From NCBI GenBank assembly GCA_002104945.1, contig MCFH01000017.1, positions 800,660-864,659 on the forward strand: 64,000 nucleotides of DNA, given 5' to 3'. Position numbers and translations under genes: made by a program. Position 1 is the stretch's first letter; every line of letters begins with the position of its first letter. Source of the DNA: Piromyces finnis finn. Taxonomy: Eukaryota > Fungi > Neocallimastigomycota. The notes beneath the pieces were generated by a model that made no database searches, was not told the origin of the DNA, and saw only the letters and a program-made list of their open reading frames with translations. Of the stretch, positions 57,118 through 64,000 are shown one piece after another.

Positions 57118-58659
57118 TTAAAATAATATTAATAAGTCAATAATTCTCTAAAAATAACTTTTACACCATTTACAAAATATTTTTATAACAACTAAATTTC
57201 GAAATTTAACTCATCACAAAATTTTGAAATTTCAACATTTCAAAAATTTTTACACCGAATATTTTTCAATTATCATATTAAAACTTTATTATTTTTTATT
57301 TTTATTTTCATATTCAAAATCTGCAGTATCAATTTTATTATTAAAATTTTACCTACAAGAAAATTTTTCAAAAAGTGAAATTTCAAAAATCTCACAATGG
57401 CCAAGTGACCTTTTGAAATTATTACTTCCTCTCGAAAAAATTTTTTTAAAATCAAAAATTTTTACTTTTCGCTCCAGTTCATAGAATTCGTCTGGAATAC
57501 GAATTCCTAGGGAGGGCGTTGTGAAGATATTAACTGGATTTAAAACAAATTCAGATAATATCTATAATTAATTAAACATAATAATTATAATTAAATAATT
57601 TCAATAATTATTTTAAAACACTTTTAAAAGTCACCTTTTAAATTTTGATTCAGTGAAAGGGTTATGATTTCAAAAATTTAATATCAATATACTATAACCC
57701 TTAACCAAAAATAAGCAAGTACGAAATAAGGTGTAACTCGCCAAAAACGATCGCTACGGCTATAAGTACTACGGTGATGAAACTAGGTTTATTGGAAAGC
57801 TTAGGAAGAAAGCTACAATTTGGTACAATCGCGGTCCTTCTAACTGATCATTTAAGGAAGTTATGATCATTTAAAGATTTTATTAGGTAAATTAAAATCA
57901 ATATGATATCAAGTATGGATCATAAATATTTCTTATGACTTGATGAAATTAAAAATATATCAATAGGAATTTTAGTTATATTAATTTAATTAATGATAAC
58001 GATTGTTACTAAAAATAGAACTAGACCCATTTAGGTGTAACAGTTAATACTTATAAATTAAATAATCTTAATTATTATAAAATAGGTTAACGGCAAGTTT
58101 TATTAGAAATAATTTTGAAAATAATAATTATTTAGTTATAACAAATATGTTATGGTAATATCAATTAATAATGATGAATTATTAATTGAATAGTTTTTAT
58201 AATTACTAATTAGGATCAACTGTTTAAATGATTAATCATATGTTTATTTTATTTTATGTCATGACAAACAAACAAACAAACAAACAAACAATCTTATTAC
58301 TTATTTAATTATATTACTAATATATTACATGTAATACTTTATTCTTATTAATATCAATTTAATAATCTGAACAAAGAATATAAAAGAGAATGAATTGAAT
58401 TCGATTTTAATTCCTTGTAAAGATTATAGTTATAATCTTAATTATATAGTTACTTATAATATCATTTATATTATTATTAAATAAATAAAAAATTTATAAA
58501 AAGTTATTTTAAAGTAAATATAAATTTTTCATTTTTCATTTGGGAGTTTAAGGTGTTATTTTATAATTAAATTTAATTTCTTAAAAAACATTTTTACTAT
58601 ATAATTAATAACATTCTGACCTGGCCGCATAACCAAACCCAAAAACTTAACAAACCATA

Positions 58660-59792
58660 TGTGAAGATATTAACTGGATTTAAAACAAATTCAGATAATA
58701 TCTATAATTAATTAAACATAATAATTATAATTAAATAATTTCAATAATTATTTTAAAACACTTTTAAAAGTCACCTTTTAAATTTTGATTCAGTGAAAGG
58801 GTTATGATTTCAAAAATTTAATATCAATATACTATAACCCTTAACCAAAAATAAGCAAGTACGAAATAAGGTGTAACTCGCCAAAAACGATCGCTACGGC
58901 TATAAGTACTACGGTGATGAAACTAGGTTTATTGGAAAGCTTAGGAAGAAAGCTACAATTTGGTACAATCGCGGTCCTTCTAACTGATCATTTAAGGAAG
59001 TTATGATCATTTAAAGATTTTATTAGGTAAATTAAAATCAATATGATATCAAGTATGGATCATAAATATTTCTTATGACTTGATGAAATTAAAAATATAT
59101 CAATAGGAATTTTAGTTATATTAATTTAATTAATGATAACGATTGTTACTAAAAATAGAACTAGACCCATTTAGGTGTAACAGTTAATACCTATAAATTA
59201 AATAATCTTAATTATTATAAAATAGGTTAACGGCAAGTTTTATTAGAAATAATTTTGAAAATAATAATTATTTAGTTATAACAAATATGTTATGGTAATA
59301 TCAATTAATAATGATGAATTATTAATTGAATAGTTTTTATAATTACTAATTAGGATCAACTGTTTAAATGATTAATCATATGTTTATTTTATTTTATGTC
59401 ATGACAAACAAACAAACAAACAAACAAACAATCTTATTACTTATTTAATTATATTACTAATATATTATATGTAATACTTTATTCTTATTAATATCAATTT
59501 AATAATCTGAACAAAGAATATAAAAGAGAATGAATTGAATTCGATTTTAATTCTTTGTAAAGATTATAGTTATAATCTTAATTATATAGTTACTTATAAT
59601 ATCATTTATATTATTATTAAATAAATAAAAAATTTATAAAAAGTTATTTTAAAGTAAATATAAATTTTTCATTTTTCATTTGGGAGTTTAAGGTGTTATT
59701 TTATAATTAAATTTAATTTCTTAAAAAACATTTTTACTATATAATTAATAACATTCTGACCTGGCCGCATAACCAAACCCAAAAACTTAACA
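58660..59792 (+). mobile_element. Extra LTR C in tandem with the 3' LTR of element 3
   Basis: Separated from the 3' LTR by AACCATA and followed by the TATAT TSD that matches the left end of element 3. Confidence 0.9.
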
Positions 59793-60760
59793 TATATTAA
59801 TTAACAAATATAATACGCTTTCCTATTGAAGGCGTAAAGCTAATAATATTTATATAAAGAAAATTAAATAATATTTTTATTTTAGCAATAACTTAATATC
59901 AGCATATATTAAGTTATTAAAAATATTAAAATTTTTAAAGTTTTAGGTTTTATAGAAGTTTATAAATTTTATTAACTTTAAGTTAAAAAATTACTAACGC
60001 TAAAGCTTCGTAATTTTTGTCAATTTTTGTTCTTTTTATACATGAACAATTTTAATTATTACATTTTTTAATTTTAATTAATTATTATCTAATTATAAAT
60101 ATTTAATTTTTATAAATTAATAATTAATATAATTATTGTAAATAGTTAATAAATTTAAAATAAAATTTTTAATAATAAAATTTTAATAATTTTAAAAAAT
60201 TTAATAATTTCAAATATTAGAAATTTTATACTTTGAAATTTTTTAATAAAAATTTAAAAAATAAATTTTTTCAAATTTTCAAATTTTCAAATTTTGAAAA
60301 AATTTTTAATTTTTTCCATGTGTCCAAATTTTTTAAATTTTTATATATGTTATTGTGACACTGCCCGTCCTAAGGGTCGTTTCGCCGGACGACCCAAAAA
60401 TTTATGGACACTGGCACGTCATAATAATTTGGACATGGACACTTCCACGACACTTAGAAAAATTTTGAGAATTTTCAAAAAATGGAAATTCACAATTTTT
60501 GAAAAAAAATCTAAGTGTTGAAAAAGTGAAGTGTAAAAGTGTTCAAGAAAAGTTGAGAGGGTATCACGTGGATTCTTCAGAAATGGAGACTACACGTGAA
60601 GGTTAGGGAAATGATATGACTCGAGGGGAAGCGGATTTTGGGGTGCGGAAAAGGTTGCGAAATTTGAGGGTTGAGGGCAAAGGCGAAAGAGGGTGGTTGG
60701 GTAGCGGAATAGTGGTTGGTAGTTGTAGTGGTGGCGACTAGTGGGTAGCGGAGTTGTGGG

Positions 60761-60941
60761 TAGTAGGTGGGGTAGTGGCGATAGGTGGGTAGTGAAGGAG
60801 TAAGAGTGGTAGACACTAGTAGGTGGGGTAGTGGCGATAGGTGGGTAGTGAAGGAGTAAGAGTGGTAGACACTAGTAGGTGGGGTAGTGGCGATAGGTGG
60901 GTAGTGAAGGAGTAAGGGTGGTAGACACTAGTAGGTGGGGT
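60761..60941. repeat. 56-bp tandem repeat (~3.2 copies) in the 3' UTR of element 4
   Basis: Unit TAGTAGGTGGGGTAGTGGCGATAGGTGGGTAGTGAAGGAGTAAGAGTGGTAGACAC at 60761, 60817 and 60873, plus a partial copy. Confidence 0.9.
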
Positions 60942-60961
60942 ACTAATAAGTGGGGTCCAGA

Positions 60962-63900
60962 TTAAGAATCTGGGACGGAATTGGTGAATTGTTGGTAAGC
61001 GCGACGTTGGTAATCAGCTAAAAGGGTGCTGTAGTAGTCATCCTTATCAATGGTGTCAGCATTGATCCAACGTTGAGATAAGTCAGTAAAAGTGACTAAG
61101 TACTCGTAAAAATGACCCGATTTACGAGAACTAAGGATCTTGGTGATTTCATTGGAGTTGGGATGGTTGAGCAATAGATGGTGAGGAGTGAGATGATATG
61201 GTTCGAGTTCACTGATGTGGAATACGGGGTAGACACGAGGGAAAGGTGAGGTAGATAAATCAAGGCGGTAGTTGAGCTTAGATTCATCGACACCAGTGAC
61301 CTTGTATGGACCATACTTGCGGGTTTGGAGCTTGAACGCTAATGGAGGATGATAATTAGCGGGTTTGCGAAGCCAAACAAGATCGTGGACCTTGAAGCGC
61401 TTAAAGTTGTGATAAAGGTGCTTATCCTTTTCATCGAGATAACGGGTACGACTGACTTCGAGAGTATGCTTAAGGTCAGCTAAATTATGGGAGAAGCTAT
61501 CGATGAGGGGATGAAGTCCTAAAGAAGAAACAAGGTCTGCAACTTGTGGGTTTGCGTGAACTTGATAATTATAAACGGAGAGAAATGGTGGTTGCTTGGT
61601 GGAAGCATGGATGGAGTTGTTGTAGCAAAATTCAGCTAAGTACAAATGATCCATCCAACTGAGATCATCAAATTGAGCTAAGTAGCAACGAAGATAAGTT
61701 TCAACGTAGTCGTTGTTACGTTCTACTTGTCCAACAGTGCGGTGATGGCCAGTAGTAGCAGAGTGGTGATCGATATTAAAGAATTCCATCAAGTGGGACC
61801 AAAGACGACTTTCGAACTGAGTACCACGGTCTGTAACGATAGATAAGGGGAATCCGTGAAGTTTGAAAATATGGTTAAGAAAAGCAGTAGCAGTTTCCTT
61901 AGCAGTGGGTAAATGTTTGAACCCAACTAAGTGTATCATCTTAGTTAAGTAGCAAGTAGTAACCATTATGGTACCTTGATGGTGGTTCGGATTGGTAGAG
62001 TCGAATGGTAAGGTAGAATTACAAGGTCTTGATGGTAAGTCCGTGATAAAGTCCATTTGTAGGTGTTGCCATGGAAGTTCCGGAAGAGGGACACGGATCA
62101 TATTACCATAAGGAGCATGGTGATCGGTTTTCATTGCCTTGCATACACTACAGCTTCGAATATAAGACTCGACATCTTGACGCATATTAACCCAATAGAA
62201 ATTACGTTTAAGAATGTCATAAGTCTTATCGACTCCCAAGTGACCGGCAGTGGGTGCATCATGGTTGAGCTTAATAACTAAGAGTCTTAGTTGACTTGGA
62301 ACATATACTTGCTCCGGATGTTTGGTTCTTATTAAAAGGCCATCTTGAAGAATCCAAGGATGATCACTATTTGGAACTTCAAGATCCTTAAGAATCTGAC
62401 AAGCGGTTTCATCTTGAAGGTAGCACTGCTTAATGTCGTCAATGAAGCTAGTTTCCATAGAGAAGTAGCATTCATCTTCGTTGAATCCTTCTAATTGAGT
62501 TGGTTTAAGTAAGGACGATTCACTTATATCCTTACCAACTGTGAGCATATGGTCGGATCTACGAGAGAGAGCATCAGCTTTACCATTTTTCTTTCCTGGT
62601 CGATAGATAATCTTGAAATCAAAGGTAGCAAAGTATTCTTGCCAACGAGCTTGTCTTTGGGATAGAAGTTGCGGTTTGGTAGCAAAAAGCAAGTTTCGAT
62701 GGTCTGAATAAACGGTAATAGGATATTTTGCACCTTGAAGTAAGTGACGCCATTCGATAAAAGCTTGACGAATTGCTAAGAGTTCCTTTTCGGTGATAGA
62801 GTAATTAAGTTCTGCATCATGAAGGGTTTTAGAAAAGTAATAAACTGGATGCAGGTCTCCATCATCACCTTTTTGTGAAAGTACTCCCCCGATAGCAAAG
62901 TCACTTGCGTCACATTCAACTATGAATGGTTTATCATGATCAGGACAAAGTAAAACTGGGGCTGAAGTAAGAAATTCTTTAAGTTGATTAAATGCTCTAT
63001 TACACTCGTCTGTCCATATGAAAGTGACGCCTTTCTTAGTTAAATTGTATAATGGTTTTGCATTTTAGAAAAGTTAGAGATAAAGCGACGGTAGTAATTG
63101 CATAACCCTAAGAAGGACTGAACTTCTTTCACAGTAGTAGGGATAGGCCAGTTCTTAACTGCTTCAATTTTGTGAGGATCAGTTTTGATTCCCTCCTACT
63201 GATTACGTGACCCAAAAATTCGATTTCAGCTTTGTGAAACTCACATTTTTTGAGTTTCGCAACTAAGTTGTTTTCAATGATTAATTGAAGAACATTTCTA
63301 ACATGTTGAACATGTTCTTCAAGGTCTTGGAGTAGATAATGATATCATCCAAGTACACTTGAACGTACTTATTAATTTGATCACTAAAGATATCATTAAT
63401 GAAGCTTGGAAAACTGCAGGAGCATTAGTTAGTCCAAAAGGCATGACTAAGTACTCAAAGTGACCAAATGCCGTCCTGAATGCAGTCTTGTACTCGTCAC
63501 CTTCTTTAATCCTAATTAAATTATAAGCTGACTTGAGGTCTAACTTAGTGAAATAGTTAGCACCTTTCATTGATTCAAAGACTGATAGGATTAAAGGTAG
63601 CGGATAGGCATTCTTGATAGTTTGTCGTTGAGCTTGCGATAGTCAACGCAAAATCTTAGACTACCATCCTTCTTATCTTGGAGTAGAACTGGATGTCCAG
63701 CAGGAGATCGGGATTTTCTAATGATCCTTTATTCAAGTTTTCTTCAATATACTCCTTAGAAAATTGACGTTCAGTAGGAGTAGTTTGGATAAATTGGCCC
63801 ATAAAATAATGAAGCATTAGGTTTCAAATCGATAGAACAATCATATACACGATGTTCAGGAAGTTCATCGGCTCGTTCTTCATTGAAGGCTTCATATTAA

Positions 63901-64000
63901 ATCTTCATATTCCAAAGGTTATACCGTTGATAGATTCTACTAGTTCAGGATTCTGATCATCGGCTATGAAGACTGTTTCTGTTGGAATGGAAGTTGATTT
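60962..64000 (-). pseudogene. pol: Disrupted pol of element 4 (RT, RNase H, IN)
   Basis: RT ([23 protein letters not shown]), RNase H and integrase segments fall in different frames, with an in-frame stop near 63838. The integrase part (ORF 60962-62692) is still open. Confidence 0.9.

Larger units (their letters stand above)
51108..58652 (+). mobile_element. Element 3: full-length, apparently intact Ty3/gypsy element (LTR family C)
   Basis: LTRs 51108-52244 and 57520-58652 differ at only a few positions; PBS ATAATCTTTAC; PPT CTAGGGAGGGCGT; open gag and pol ORFs. Confidence 0.95.
51053..64000 (-). mobile_element. Element 4: decayed Ty3/gypsy element (LTR family D). Its 3' LTR (51053-60360) hosts element 3; the 5' part lies beyond the window
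   Basis: The LTR D halves (51053-51107, 59798-60360) rejoin. PPT-like TTAGGACGGGCAG abuts the LTR. pol fragments with frameshifts and stops occupy 60962-64000. Confidence 0.9.

Noticed and set aside
60761-60941. CRISPR-like array
   Set aside because: Contiguous repeats without unique spacers, in a eukaryotic retrotransposon UTR.

Overview
Extremely AT-rich eukaryotic DNA with spliceosomal introns and long homopolymer runs, most consistent with an anaerobic gut fungus (Neocallimastigomycota); the taxon is an inference. The left ~11 kb holds a stack of TG...CA repeats, a 2-exon secreted Cys-rich protein gene, a 3-exon acetolactate synthase gene (ILV2) and a tandem tRNA-Ser(GCU)/tRNA-Met(CAU) pair. 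The remaining ~53 kb is a nested pile of Ty3/gypsy LTR retrotransposons around tRNA genes: three full-length elements, one decayed element running off the right edge, many solo LTRs, a ~5.57-kb tandem array (about 4 units, each with tRNA-Cys(GCA)) and non-LTR retrotransposon remnants. LTR family labels A-H and element numbers 1-4 are my own. The most interesting signal is a group of related gypsy elements with four shared traits. (i) They insert at two fixed distances upstream of tRNA genes, 12-13 bp and 64-67 bp. (ii) They have no tRNA primer site; instead an 11-nt PBS is complementary to the predicted transcript 5' end and co-varies between families (Tf1-type self-priming). (iii) A CG-rich hairpin directly before the PPT is conserved with compensatory changes in four divergent families. 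(iv) The tRNA-proximal families share an atypical integrase motif and a divergent chromo-like C-terminus. All coordinates were read by eye and may be off by a few bases.
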